DNA of 64,000 nt from NCBI GenBank assembly GCA_965204535.1, contig CBDBEV010000001.1, positions 288,001 through 352,000 on the forward strand, given 5' to 3'. Each line of letters starts with the position of its first letter. The first letter of the stretch is position 1. A model generated the notes under the pieces. The model was not told the DNA's origin, did no database searches, and saw only the letters and a list, made by a program, of their open reading frames with translations. Origin of the DNA: a bacterium (GTDB lineage: Bacteria; UBA8248). Position numbers and translations under genes: made by a program. Below are positions 1 to 10,126 of the stretch, piece by piece.

Positions 1-425
1 GGATCTTCATACTCATTCCGCCCCAACTCGTCGCGGGGGGAGCCCATCATGAAAGAACCTGCGGGAACCACCACCATCTCGGGACATTCCGGGCAATCCC
101 GGAAGACGCGGCCCGGCTCGAGAAGCACCCGCTCGCGCCCGGCCTTTTCGTGAAGCGCTTCCTCACCCTGCGCGGCCGGCGAAGCGGCCGCTGCGACGCC
201 GAAACTCCCTGCCGCGAGGACGAGGTAAAAAACACTCCTCCATACGAGGCGCCGCTCGAGCGAAGGGGTTTTCATCCGCCATCCTCCCCGGATTTCCAGG
301 ATGCGTGAAACCGAACGAGTATATCGAAAGACGAGCCAAATCGACTCCATCACGCATCACGCCGCAGGGGACGAATCCCCTCATCGCTCCTGCGAAAGAC
401 GGTATCGATCCCGCAGAGCGCGGGC

Positions 426-1829
426 CTACGTTTTCTTGGGTGGGGCGTGGATCGCCTCGCCGTGCACGTCCAATGCCGCCTCCATCACGGCTTCCGAGAG
501 CGTGGGGTGGGAGTGCATGGTGCTGGCCATTTCCGAGGCGGTGACACGGTGCTGCATGGCGACGGCGGCCTCGTGCACGATGTCGGCGGCGTGCGCGCCG
601 ACGATGTGAACGCCCAGAATAGCGTCATCCCCCGCATCGGCGATGACCTTCACCTCCCCTTCCAGCGCGCGTTCGGCCTGCGCCTTGCCGAGAGCGCGGA
701 CCGAGAACTTGCCCACGCGCACCGTGTGCCCCGCCTTCTCCGCCTCGTGCTCCGCCATCCCGACGACGCCGATTTCAGGATGCGTGAAGATGCCGGCCGG
801 AATCGCCCGGTAATCCATCCGTATCTCCGCGCCCATGGCGTTTTCCGCAGCGGCGATCCCCTCGGCGGAGGCTACGTGCGCGAGCATGGGCTCGCCCACC
901 ACGTCGCCCGCCGCGTAGACACCGGGGGCGTTCGTCTCCATCATGTCGTTCACCTTGATCTCGCCGCGGGAGCCGAGTTCGACGCCGATTCGCTCGAGAC
1001 CCAGGCCGTCGGTGTTCATCGTCCTGCCCACGGAGACGAGCACGAGGTCCGCGCGCTCCTCATCATCCGAACCCTCGAAGCCGGCGACCAACTCCCTACT
1101 CTTGCGCGAGACGCTCGTTATCTTCTCATTCAGGCGGACCTTAATCTTCTGTTTTCTTAACTCGCGCGCCATGAGTTTGGAGACGTCCTCATCCCCCAAG
1201 GGCAGGACGCGGTCGAGCAATTCCACCATCGTCACCTCTGCCCCGAGCTCTTTATACAGACACGCGAACTCACAGCCGATGACGCCCGCGCCCACGATGA
1301 GCACCCTCTCGGGCAGATTTTTCAGGTGCACGGCCTGTTCGGATGAGATGATTTTTTCGCCGTCGATGGGAAAGGCGGGAATCTGTGCGGGCCGGGAACC
1401 CGTGGCGATGATGATCTTATCGGCCTCGACCACCTCGTGCTCGTCGTCTTTTCCGCGCACGGAAACCTTGCCCATCTCCAGAATCTCGGCCTCGCCCGCC
1501 ATGTGGTCCACCCCGTGGGCCTTGAACAGCCCGCCAATTCCCTTTACCAGGCCGGCGACTATCTTGTCCTTGCGCTCGACCATGGCGGCCAAGTCGGCGC
1601 GCACCTCGCCCGTGACCTCGATGCCGTAGGCGTCCGCGTTCTTGATGTTCCGATACACTTCCGCGGCGGCGATGAGGCTCTTGCTGGGGATGCAGCCCCA
1701 GTTCAGGCAGGTGCCGCCCAGCTCGTCGCGCTCGATGACCACGCAGCTTCCCCCGCTCTGGGCGACGCGCACGCCCGCCACGTAGCCCGCAGGGCCGCCG
1801 CCGATAACCGCCACGTCATACGCCGCCAT
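426..1829 (-). CDS. lpdA: Dihydrolipoyl dehydrogenase (E3)
   Basis: GGGPAG FAD motif, redox disulfide GGTCLNWGCIPSK, NAD motif GAGVIGCE, C-terminal HPTLSE; AAGGAGG RBS. Confidence 0.96.
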   Translation of the reverse strand: MAAYDVAVIGGGPAGYVAGVRVAQSGGSCVVIERDELGGTCLNWGCIPSKSLIAAAEVYRNIKNADAYGIEVTGEVRADLAAMVERKDKIVAGLVKGIGGLFKAHGVDHMAGEAEILEMGKVSVRGKDDEHEVVEADKIIIATGSRPAQIPAFPIDGEKIISSEQAVHLKNLPERVLIVGAGVIGCEFACLYKELGAEVTMVELLDRVLPLGDEDVSKLMARELRKQKIKVRLNEKITSVSRKSRELVAGFEGSDDEERADLVLVSVGRTMNTDGLGLERIGVELGSRGEIKVNDMMETNAPGVYAAGDVVGEPMLAHVASAEGIAAAENAMGAEIRMDYRAIPAGIFTHPEIGVVGMAEHEAEKAGHTVRVGKFSVRALGKAQAERALEGEVKVIADAGDDAILGVHIVGAHAADIVHEAAVAMQHRVTASEMASTMHSHPTLSEAVMEAALDVHGEAIHAPPKKT

Positions 1830-1945
1830 GTTTCCTCCTTCGGGTAAGGCGTTTTATGAACCAAATTCCGCGCCCATTAGACCAAGGTTCCGCGCCGATG
1901 CCAAACGGGGGTGGGGAATCAGACTGAAACCCCACGGAATCGGCC

Positions 1946-1988
1946 TTGACAAGTGGAAAGCGATATTGTAGCTACAATGAAGCTACAG
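1946..1988 (+). promoter_or_regulatory. Promoter/operator of the RelB/DinJ antitoxin gene
   Basis: TTGACA at 1946-1951, perfect palindrome ATTGTAGCTACAAT at 1965-1978 and a further AGCTACA half-site at 1981. Confidence 0.6.
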
Positions 1989-2004
1989 AAGAGGAGGAAC
2001 CCAC

Positions 2005-2262
2005 ATGCCGACAGATACGGTCGTTCGCGCCCGAATCGACAGCGAGACCAAGGCCCGCGCTACGGAGGCGCTGAACGCCATGGGCCTTTCGGTCTCGGAT
2101 GCGATTCGCCTGCTCATGATGCGCGTGGCGGAGGAGCGAAGGCTGCCCTTCGTCGTCCGCGCACCGAACCCCGCCACCCGCAAGGCGATGAAAGAACTCG
2201 ACGAAGGCAAGGGAAAGCGCTTCGATAGCACCGAGGAGTTGTTCGAGGATCTGGGTTTGTAG
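2005..2262 (+). CDS. RelB/DinJ-family type II antitoxin (no adjacent toxin seen)
   Basis: VVRARIDSETKARATEAL..MGLSVSDAIRL..LPF..PN..TRKAM..F.S.EELFEDL pattern; GAGGAGG RBS. Confidence 0.9.
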   Translation: MPTDTVVRARIDSETKARATEALNAMGLSVSDAIRLLMMRVAEERRLPFVVRAPNPATRKAMKELDEGKGKRFDSTEELFEDLGL

Positions 2263-2389
2263 TGTGCGCTAATTTCCACTCCATTCTATTGAAGAAATGA
2301 ATCCCCGGTGAGACCAATAACGCTTTACGATAGACTGCAAGATGCGTCATTCTTTGGGCGGTTTGAGTGACCCGGAGAGGAGAATCTGA

Positions 2390-3658
2390 ATGCCGTGCGC
2401 AGGCACAACAGTAAAATCGGGTAAAGCAGTAGTCATTATCCCGTGTCAGTTTTCATCCGACTTTCAAGAAGGGGATTTGATGGATGTGGATGGCAAGAAA
2501 TTGTGCCCCTTCCACGCGCCGCTTGAAGATGAAAACGGCAATCTAACGACAAAGGGGGGATGGACTCCTGACAAAATAGAGGAGTTTTATGCAGATATCT
2601 CAAGGCTCCGTGTAAGTAAGTTATGTAGTTTCCAGGGGGATACATTAGATTTAAGAGGCGTTATTTTCCCAAGCTATCCCGAATTTAGAGGAATAGAATT
2701 CCCATTCGTAGATTTCTCCTATGCTCAATTCCATAATACTGCGGACTTCCGTGATGCCAATTTCACAAGTAATGTCAAATTCACCCATGCACAATTTAAG
2801 GTAGATTCTTTGTTTAATCTTGCCCAATTCAGGGGCCCTCTTACTATCTTCGGTAATACTAAATTCAATGACCTCGTCGATTTTACAGATTCCAATTTTG
2901 AAGGGAAGATTGACTTTAGAAATGCCGAATTTGAATGGCACGTAGATTTTAAGAGTTCTGGAAAAAATCACGAGGCGGAAGCTTTTCAAGGAGAGGTTAA
3001 TTTTTCTGGTGCGAAATTTCTAGATGAAGTGAACTTCAACAACCGGAAATTTCGGCAAGAAACCAGCTTCAAGAATTGTACCTTTCACAAAGCGCCGCGT
3101 TTTCATAATTGCCAGCTTCATCAAGATACGAATTTCAAGGACGCCAAGTTTTTGGATACGAAAAGCGATGATGCAATTGGTGCATATCAAACGCTAAAGC
3201 TAGATATGGAAAATAAAAGAGCGCGGCAAGAACAGTTAATGTTTTACGCCCTTGAGATGAAGAGCAGGCGCAGTGAAGAAAAAAGGAAATTCTTGAAGTT
3301 GCTCTCCTGGCTTTATGAGAAGACATCCGATTATGGACAAAAGATTTTTTTGCCGCTGGTGTGGCTAGTGTGCTCTTATTTTATTTGCGCAACTATTTAT
3401 ACAATCTTTTTCAACGAACTTCTAAAAGAACATATGGTTCATACAGACAATTTGCATTTATTCTTTCGCTTTAGTCTGGAACAGATTGTTCGTCCATTCG
3501 GCGCGTTGGACTCTTCATCATTATCTGATTTACTCAACAAAATATCCCCGGCAAACCTTTTATCCCTTCGCTTCATTACTACACTCCAATCGTTCTCGAG
3601 CTTGGTGCTTCTGCTCCTGAGCGGCCTCGCTGCCCGCTGGCGATTCAAGATCGGGTGA
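2390..3658 (+). CDS. Pentapeptide-repeat protein with C-terminal membrane domain
   Basis: Repeated (V/A)DF..A.F units; C-terminal hydrophobic helices after YEKTSDYG; AT-rich relative to flanks; GGAGAGGAG RBS. Confidence 0.8.
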   Translation: MPCAGTTVKSGKAVVIIPCQFSSDFQEGDLMDVDGKKLCPFHAPLEDENGNLTTKGGWTPDKIEEFYADISRLRVSKLCSFQGDTLDLRGVIFPSYPEFRGIEFPFVDFSYAQFHNTADFRDANFTSNVKFTHAQFKVDSLFNLAQFRGPLTIFGNTKFNDLVDFTDSNFEGKIDFRNAEFEWHVDFKSSGKNHEAEAFQGEVNFSGAKFLDEVNFNNRKFRQETSFKNCTFHKAPRFHNCQLHQDTNFKDAKFLDTKSDDAIGAYQTLKLDMENKRARQEQLMFYALEMKSRRSEEKRKFLKLLSWLYEKTSDYGQKIFLPLVWLVCSYFICATIYTIFFNELLKEHMVHTDNLHLFFRFSLEQIVRPFGALDSSSLSDLLNKISPANLLSLRFITTLQSFSSLVLLLLSGLAARWRFKIG

Positions 3659-3715
3659 GGGGAATGGGACAACCGAAGCCGCCTACTGCATCGGAAAGAC
3701 ATCACAGAAACAAAA

Positions 3716-4339
3716 ATGCGCTGGCAAACCACACGGAGGAAGTTCAACTCAATGGATGATGAACCCTACATGTCTGATTTTACGAAGTTAAATAAGTATT
3801 GGCCAACACATCGTATGAGTCCTGAATTTTGGGAAGAACTCGGAAGGGCTATCGCAACCTTTGGATTTCTAGAAAGAACAATACTACCAAGAGCAATTTA
3901 CGCATTGTCCGCAACAAGAAGGCACGAACAGATAACGGATGAAATGGGTGAACGTTGGCTCAATAAACTTAAAAATTCATTGAAAGACCCTCTTGGTGAA
4001 CTCATAAAACTGTATGAGCAGGAATTGGAGCAAGAAATTGCAGAAGGGGCTGAACCATCCAAGCAAATGGATCTGCATGTGCTAATAGAAGATATGCGAA
4101 AAGCGAAAGTGCATAGAGATATATTTTGTCATGCCTCCTGGAGGCCAGGAAGCAGCAACGACAAGGCTAAACCTTTTTTCATAAACAGAAAAGACGAGAT
4201 TCTTGAGAGTGAATACGGTGTAAGCGAAATTCGACAAGTCCGAGTTTTCGTCACGCAAACCATCTGCCATTGTATAAACACAGTAACTCTGAAAGGAATC
4301 CAGTTTCCCGGCTCAAGTGGACCAGGCCAACCCATATGA
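3716..4339 (+). CDS. Hypothetical protein, possible HEPN-like domain
   Basis: Helical ~200 aa protein with N-terminal LE and an RxxxxH motif (RDIFCH); AT-rich; start uncertain. Confidence 0.6.
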   Translation: MRWQTTRRKFNSMDDEPYMSDFTKLNKYWPTHRMSPEFWEELGRAIATFGFLERTILPRAIYALSATRRHEQITDEMGERWLNKLKNSLKDPLGELIKLYEQELEQEIAEGAEPSKQMDLHVLIEDMRKAKVHRDIFCHASWRPGSSNDKAKPFFINRKDEILESEYGVSEIRQVRVFVTQTICHCINTVTLKGIQFPGSSGPGQPI

Positions 4340-4414
4340 ACATGGACATCACTTCGTCAACTACCTCCAACCTCCCAAACACGTCTCTTCGATTCGATAT
4401 TCGAAACAACGACA

Positions 4415-4606
4415 TCAGTAGCTCGTGTCCCGTCCCCTCTCCCAAAACGGCCTGCGCTTGAGGCGCTCTCGCAAGCGGTCGTCCGGTTCAGCGGGCGCAT
4501 CGAGGGCTGCGAGAAACATTTCGTAGGCCTCATCATCAAGCTCTATGACGGAGCGCTCGTCGGGCGACAAGCGTTCGTCTTTCACCCGCATATTCATTCG
4601 GCTCAT
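4415..4606 (-). pseudogene. DUF1778/TacA-like antitoxin, internally shortened
   Basis: RMNMRV start and C-terminal IELDDEAYEMFLAALDAPAEP..L..L.RRPFWE, but only 63 aa; no GNAT toxin next to it. Confidence 0.6.
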
Positions 4607-4735
4607 TTACAATCTCTCCAGTTTCGGCGGCATGGGTCCATTCCGACGCAGATGTATGGCGTTTGCATATACGCCTGTCAAGGACACCTTACCTCCTATC
4701 TCTTCCAAAATCCCGTTTCTTCTCGACAACGCCCT

Positions 4736-4762
4736 CTATAAGATATATATTATAGATATATA
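4736..4762 (+). promoter_or_regulatory. AT-rich palindromic operator/promoter of mazEF
   Basis: CTATAA-GATATATA-TTATAG inverted repeat ~25 nt upstream of the mazE start. Confidence 0.45.
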
Positions 4763-4784
4763 AATCCGAGAGGAGGATATTCAC

Positions 4785-5024
4785 ATGGGCGCGAAATCAC
4801 ATATCGCCAAATGGGGGGACAGCCTGGCCGTCCGCATCCCCAAGCCCATCGCCGAGCAATGGGGCGTGCGCGAGGGTTCGGCCATCGAGATGAACGCGCG
4901 CGGCGACCGGGTGGTGATGAGAAAGAGAGGCTACCGGTTGGCCGACATGCTCGCCGAAATAAACGCGGACAACCTGCACGCCGAACAAGACGCCGGTCCG
5001 GCGCAGGGCGCAGAGGCGTGGTAG
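4785..5024 (+). CDS. mazE: MazE/AbrB-family antitoxin
   Basis: KWGDSLAVRIPK motif; ends G.EAW overlapping the toxin start. Confidence 0.92.
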   Translation: MGAKSHIAKWGDSLAVRIPKPIAEQWGVREGSAIEMNARGDRVVMRKRGYRLADMLAEINADNLHAEQDAGPAQGAEAW

Positions 5025-5383
5025 CGAGACGGGAGGTTTCAGGCGCGGACTACGTTCCGGGCAGAGGCGACGTCGTCTGGCTTTCCTTCACTCCCCAGGC
5101 CGGGCACGAGCAGGCCGGCCGCCGCCCCGCGCTGGTCGTCAGCCCGCGAAGCTATAACGAAAAAAGCAGTCTGGCGCTGCTCTGCCCCATCACCTCGAGA
5201 GTCAAGGGCTATCCCTTCGAGGTGGCGCTGCCCGCCGAAGGCCCCGTTACGGGCGTGGTTCTCGCCGACCAGGTGAAGAGCCTCGACTGGCGCGCCAGAG
5301 GCACGCGCCTCGCGTCGCAGGCTCCGCCGCGCGTGGTGGGCGAGACGCTCGAAAAGCTGGCTGTACTCTTGGAGCAGGACTGA
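5018..5383 (+). CDS. mazF: MazF/PemK endoribonuclease toxin
   Basis: YVP.RGDVVWLSF.PQAGHEQAGRRPALVVSP..YN, LADQVKSLDW; GTG at 5018 overlaps the mazE stop (ORF track start 4811 is too long). Confidence 0.95.
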   Translation: MVARREVSGADYVPGRGDVVWLSFTPQAGHEQAGRRPALVVSPRSYNEKSSLALLCPITSRVKGYPFEVALPAEGPVTGVVLADQVKSLDWRARGTRLASQAPPRVVGETLEKLAVLLEQD

Positions 5384-5962
5384 GCGACCCTGTGTGTTAA
5401 TCCGTCGCCCAGCCCCTCCTGCCTCAGTCTCCCCTCCCCCGCGCCGAAAAAGCTCACTCACTGCATTGATCGGCAAACGCTCCCTCCTCACTCGCGCTTG
5501 ACCCCCATCCTCAGACGGGTTCGACCACGCATTTCCCCGCAGAAGCGCGTTCCGAAAGGGTGTACCATCCCCCTGCTCGACGCGCGGTCTTCGCTCTTGA
5601 AACCGCGGGTCGCCGCTTGGAGAAAAGCCCGTTGGAAAATCTCTCACAGCGCTATCCGGGTTTCAGGGAGAGGGAGTCATCGGGACGGGCGCCGGGCGGC
5701 GAAATCAAGCTTTACCATTCCTGAACAATTCTGAAAAATTCGATAAATTCACGGTGTTTTTCTGAAAATTTCCGAGGGGAAATGCGCGCAAATGCGGGGA
5801 GTTGCAGGGCGTTTTCGCGATACCAGCCTGGCGGATGACGGCTCTCTCCTTCAGATTCAGGCGCTCCGGAACGTCTATGAAGGGCGCGCCGCGGCCCCTC
5901 AAAACGAGGCGGTACGGGATAACGGCGCGGTATTCTGTCCCCAATTGCCCTTCTTGCACCGC

Positions 5963-6077
5963 TTATCCACAGGAAAACACAACATTTGGGGATAACGTGT
6001 GGGTAAGTTCATATATTTTGTGCATATCCGTTTTTAGGGTATTGACAGACGATAGCAAAACATACTACATTTAGTGT
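5963..6077 (+). promoter_or_regulatory. nrdJ promoter with two NrdR boxes and DnaA boxes
   Basis: NrdR-like ACACAACATTTGGGGA (5977-5992) and ATACTACATTTAGTGT (6062-6077); TTGACA at 6042-6047; TTATCCACA at 5963-5971 plus two 8/9 reverse boxes (5987-5995, 5998-6006). Confidence 0.75.
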
Positions 6078-6144
6078 TACGGCTTGATTTCGCCATACTA
6101 AATATGCCCCAGCATGGCGGGGCGCCCTGCGAAGGAGACGGGAA

Positions 6145-9100
6145 GTGGAGTTTACGAGGCGTTTTACACGGGACGGAGATGACGCGTATGGTGAGGTCGG
6201 TTTCGCGCCGCGCACCTCGCGCATCACCAACCCGGACGGTTCGGTCGTCTTCGAAGCGAAGGACATCATGGCGCCGGAGAACTGGTCTCAGGTGGCCGTC
6301 GACATCCTGGCGCAAAAATACTTCCGAAAAGCCGGCGTCCCCGCCCACTCGAAAAAGATTCCCGAAGACGGCGTGCCCGAGTGGCTGCAGCGCTCGGAGC
6401 CGGACACGGAAAAACTCGAATCCCTGCCCGAGGATGAGCAATACGGGAGCGAACAAGACGCACGGGACGTTTTCCACCGCCTGGCGGGATGCTGGACGTA
6501 TTGGGGCTGGAAACACGGTTATTTTCACACCGAAGAGGACGCCAAGGCGTTCTATGAGGAGCTTGTATACATACTCGCGAGCCAGATGGCGGCTCCCAAC
6601 TCGCCGCAGTGGTTCAATACGGGCCTCCACTGGGCCTACGGCATTACGCGCCCCGCACAGGGCCATTTCTATTGCGACCCCGAAACCGGGGAAATACTCC
6701 GCTCCACCAACGCCTATGAACGTCCCCAGCCGCACGCGTGCTTCATCCAATCGGTGAAAGATGATCTCGTCAACGAGGGCGGGATCATGGATTTATGGAC
6801 GCGAGAGGCGCGCATCTTCAAATACGGCTCGGGCACCGGCACGAATTTCACTAGCTTGAGAGCAGAAGGAGAATCTCTCTCGGGAGGCGGAAAAAGCTCC
6901 GGCCTGATGAGTTTCCTCAAGATTGGGGACCGCGCTGCGGGCGCCATCAAGTCGGGCGGCACGACACGCCGCGCGGCGAAAATGGTCACGCTCGATATCG
7001 ATCATCCCGACATCGAGGAATTCATCAACTGGAAGGTGCACGAAGAACAGAAAGTGGCTGCGCTCGTATCGGGCAGCAAGATGTGCAACCGGCACATGAA
7101 CGCCATTCTCGGAGCTTGCCGGGAAGAGAAGAACCTGACCTTGAATGGCAACCTCCATCAACCGGACAAGAACCCTTCACTCGCCAAAGCGATACGCGCC
7201 GCAAGGCTCGCCGGTGTTCCGGACAATTATATTCATCGAACCCTTCAACTCGCGCAGCAAGGCATCACCGAGATCGAGTTCGAGGAATTCGACACGAATT
7301 GGGAAGGCGAGGCCTACGCCTCGGCGTCCGGACAAAACTCGAACAATTCGGTACGTGTTTCAGATAAATTCATGAAAGCCATCGAGAAAAATACGAAGTG
7401 GAACTTGATTCGGCGGACCGATGGTGAAATCGCCGACTCCGTTAGTTCAAAAGAACTTTGGGATCAGATTGGGTATGCGGCGTGGTGTTGCGCAGACCCA
7501 GGCCTTCAATTCGATACGACTATCAACGACTGGCACACGTGCGCCACTGATGGGCGTATCAATGGTTCTAATCCCTGCTCGGAATATATGTTCCTGGATG
7601 ACACCGCATGCAATCTGGCATCCATGAATCTTATGAAATTCCTGGATACTGAAAAGAATCATTTCCAGATAGAAGACTATCGTCATGTCATTCGTCTATT
7701 GACGGTTGTCCTCGAAATTTCCGTGCTCATGGCGCAATTCCCCAGCCCGGAAATAGCCAAACGCTCATTCGAGTATCGTACCCTGGGGCTTGGGTATGCC
7801 AATCTCGGCACTGCGTTAATGGTTCTCGGCATCCCTTACGATTCTCCGGAAGCGGAAGCGTGGTGCGGCGCTCTCACCTCGATCATGACAGGCTGCTCGT
7901 ACGCCACCAGCGCCGAGATGGCCGGAGAACTGGGCGCCTTCGTCAGATATCAAGATAACCAAGAACATATGCTGCGCGTTCTGAGAAACCACCGCCGCGC
8001 AGCTTATTCCGTACCGGAAGCAGAATACGAAATGCTCTCTAAAGCGCCAAACGGAATTGCTGCGGGTATCTGTCCCGATTATCTTCTCCAAGCGGCGCGT
8101 GAAGCGTGGGACGATGCTTTAGCCATCGGCTATCGAAACGGCTACCGGAACGCACAAGCCACAGTTATCGCGCCGACAGGCACCATTGGTTTGGTGATGG
8201 ATTGTGACACAACGGGAATCGAACCGGATTTTGCCTTGGTGAAATTCAAAAAACTGGCCGGAGGCGGTTATTTCAAGATCATCAACCAATCCGTTCCCGT
8301 TGCCTTGCGGCATCTGGGCTATGACGATGAAGAGGTCCGCGAAATCGTCGCCTATTGCCGAGGGCGGGGCACCCTCACGAATGCGCCTCATATCAATCTA
8401 GAGTCTTTGCATGAGAAAGGGTTTACGAGCAAGGCTCTGGAAAAAGTGGAAGCCGCGCTCGAAGGGGCGTTTGAAATCCAGTTTGCCTTCAACAAGTACT
8501 CCCTCGGTGAAGACTTCTGTCGTGAGCAATTAGGACTCAGTGAATCGCAGATAAGCGACTGGAATCTGAATCTGCTCGAAGCCATTGGTTTCACTCACGA
8601 GCAAATCAGCGAAGCGAATGATTTCGTTTGCGGGAAAATGACGCTTGAGGGCGCGCCCCACCTGAAAGAAGAGCACTTGGCCGTTTTTGATTGCGCAAGC
8701 AAATGCGGGCGCGAAGGCAAACGCTTCATCAGCCCCATGGCGCACGTCCGGATGATGGCGGCGGCGCAGCCTTTCATATCAGGCGCCATCAGCAAAACCA
8801 TCAACATGCCCGCGGAATCAACGATCCAAGATATTTTGGACATCTACCACGAATCGTGGCAGCGGATGACAAAAGCCATTGCGATTTACCGCGATGGCTC
8901 GAAACTAAGCCAACCCCTTTCCGCGCAAAGCGAAGCGGAACTCTTCGCTGACATCAATGAGGAAGAACCAGCTGCCCAAAGCGCTCCCGTGCACGTAGCT
9001 CAGCAGATTGTGCGCCGGATCATTTACCAATCCAGAAGACGCAAGTTGCCTACCCGCCGTGGTGGATACACACAAAAAGCCGTCATCGGTGGACACAAGG

Positions 9101-9735
9101 TATATCTTAGAACCGGAGAATACGAGGATGGCTCTATCGGCGAAATTTTCATAGATATGCACAAAGAAGGCGCCGCCTTCAGAAGCCTCATGAACTGTTT
9201 CGCCATCGCAATTTCGCTGGGTCTCCAGCACGGCGTCCCTCTGGATGAATTCGTGGATGCCTTCGTCTTCACACGTTTCGAGCCCGGGGGAGCGGTTTCA
9301 GGAAACCCGCACATCAAGATGAGCACCTCCATCATCGATTACATCTTCCGTGAGTTGGCAGTTTCATATCTCGGTCGCCACGATCTTGCACAAGTCGTGT
9401 CGGAGGATTTGAGGAGCGACACGATTGGACGCCCTCAGGAAGAGATCCCGGAATTCGACACCGAAGAAGAAGAGGAGATTCAAACGGTATTCCCGGGACC
9501 GGATGCGAGTGCACCACGCAGTGACCGGATAAGTCTGAATTATGAGAAAGAATCCACCATCGCTTCGTTGGCGCCTATAGCAGAAGCAGGCTCCGCTCTA
9601 GATACCCGAATCGAAGAAGCCCGCGCCAAAGGGTATGAGGGTGAGGCATGTGGCGATTGTGGTTCATTCACCTTGGTGCGAAACGGCACGTGTCTGAAGT
9701 GTATGACTTGCGGCGCAACGAGTGGGTGTTCTTGA
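6145..9735 (+). CDS. nrdJ: Vitamin B12-dependent class II ribonucleotide reductase
   Basis: [41 protein letters not shown]-terminal TSCPD-like domain and CxxC..CxxC GATSGCS tail. Confidence 0.96.
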   Translation: MEFTRRFTRDGDDAYGEVGFAPRTSRITNPDGSVVFEAKDIMAPENWSQVAVDILAQKYFRKAGVPAHSKKIPEDGVPEWLQRSEPDTEKLESLPEDEQYGSEQDARDVFHRLAGCWTYWGWKHGYFHTEEDAKAFYEELVYILASQMAAPNSPQWFNTGLHWAYGITRPAQGHFYCDPETGEILRSTNAYERPQPHACFIQSVKDDLVNEGGIMDLWTREARIFKYGSGTGTNFTSLRAEGESLSGGGKSSGLMSFLKIGDRAAGAIKSGGTTRRAAKMVTLDIDHPDIEEFINWKVHEEQKVAALVSGSKMCNRHMNAILGACREEKNLTLNGNLHQPDKNPSLAKAIRAARLAGVPDNYIHRTLQLAQQGITEIEFEEFDTNWEGEAYASASGQNSNNSVRVSDKFMKAIEKNTKWNLIRRTDGEIADSVSSKELWDQIGYAAWCCADPGLQFDTTINDWHTCATDGRINGSNPCSEYMFLDDTACNLASMNLMKFLDTEKNHFQIEDYRHVIRLLTVVLEISVLMAQFPSPEIAKRSFEYRTLGLGYANLGTALMVLGIPYDSPEAEAWCGALTSIMTGCSYATSAEMAGELGAFVRYQDNQEHMLRVLRNHRRAAYSVPEAEYEMLSKAPNGIAAGICPDYLLQAAREAWDDALAIGYRNGYRNAQATVIAPTGTIGLVMDCDTTGIEPDFALVKFKKLAGGGYFKIINQSVPVALRHLGYDDEEVREIVAYCRGRGTLTNAPHINLESLHEKGFTSKALEKVEAALEGAFEIQFAFNKYSLGEDFCREQLGLSESQISDWNLNLLEAIGFTHEQISEANDFVCGKMTLEGAPHLKEEHLAVFDCASKCGREGKRFISPMAHVRMMAAAQPFISGAISKTINMPAESTIQDILDIYHESWQRMTKAIAIYRDGSKLSQPLSAQSEAELFADINEEEPAAQSAPVHVAQQIVRRIIYQSRRRKLPTRRGGYTQKAVIGGHKVYLRTGEYEDGSIGEIFIDMHKEGAAFRSLMNCFAIAISLGLQHGVPLDEFVDAFVFTRFEPGGAVSGNPHIKMSTSIIDYIFRELAVSYLGRHDLAQVVSEDLRSDTIGRPQEEIPEFDTEEEEEIQTVFPGPDASAPRSDRISLNYEKESTIASLAPIAEAGSALDTRIEEARAKGYEGEACGDCGSFTLVRNGTCLKCMTCGATSGCS

Positions 9736-9744
9736 AATTATTTA

Positions 9745-9825
9745 CCCGTCGTGGGGGAAACGGGCGGACTCTGCGACGGGACGAGAGCCGGGGGAAAATC
9801 CTCGGAGGGTTATCCCCCGGCTCTC
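9745..9825 (+). ncRNA. Structured repeat unit 1 (two hairpins, loop GAAACGGGCGGA)
   Basis: 12-bp stem 9745-9756/9769-9780, then long hairpin 9783-9825; covaries with unit 2. Confidence 0.55.
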
Positions 9826-9906
9826 ACCAAAATCAGGATTGGGAGTAGAGGATAATGCACCTCAGGGGTTGAGTCCTCGGCTCCTGTTTCAAGTCAAAAG
9901 CAATTC

Positions 9907-9988
9907 CCTGCTGCGGGGGAAACGGGCGGACTCTGCGGCAGGTCGAGAGCCGGTGAAGTCTCCTAGGGGGAGTTCTTCATCGGCTCTC
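9907..9988 (+). ncRNA. Structured repeat unit 2 (two hairpins, loop GAAACGGGCGGA)
   Basis: 12-bp stem 9907-9918/9931-9942 with the identical 12-nt loop, then hairpin 9945-9988. Confidence 0.55.
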
Positions 9989-10041
9989 CCTATTTTACTT
10001 GACACCCGAAGCTCCTTCGCCTACCTTCAAGTTCCTTTTGT

Positions 10042-10117
10042 GGGGGTGTAGCTCAGATGGGAGAGCGCGTGGATCGCACCCACGAGGTCAGGGGTTCGAA
10101 TCCCCTCACCTCCACCA
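10042..10117 (+). tRNA. tRNA-Ala (anticodon CGC)
   Basis: 76-nt cloverleaf, acceptor GGGGGTG/CACCTCC with G3:U70, anticodon arm CGTGG-ATCGCAC-CCACG, GGTTCGAATCC, encoded CCA; TTGACA at 9999. Confidence 0.97.
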
Positions 10118-10126
10118 TTGAAACCC

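Noticed and set aside
2263-2389. YafQ/RelE toxin after the DinJ-like gene
   Set aside because: No suitable ORF; gap too short
5384-6144. Cobalamin riboswitch before nrdJ
   Set aside because: No B12-box or other core motifs recognised
6145-9735. Intein or intron in nrdJ (long inserts)
   Set aside because: Frame is continuous and I see no intein end (HN-C/S/T) or homing-endonuclease motifs; inserts look like ordinary NrdJ variable regions
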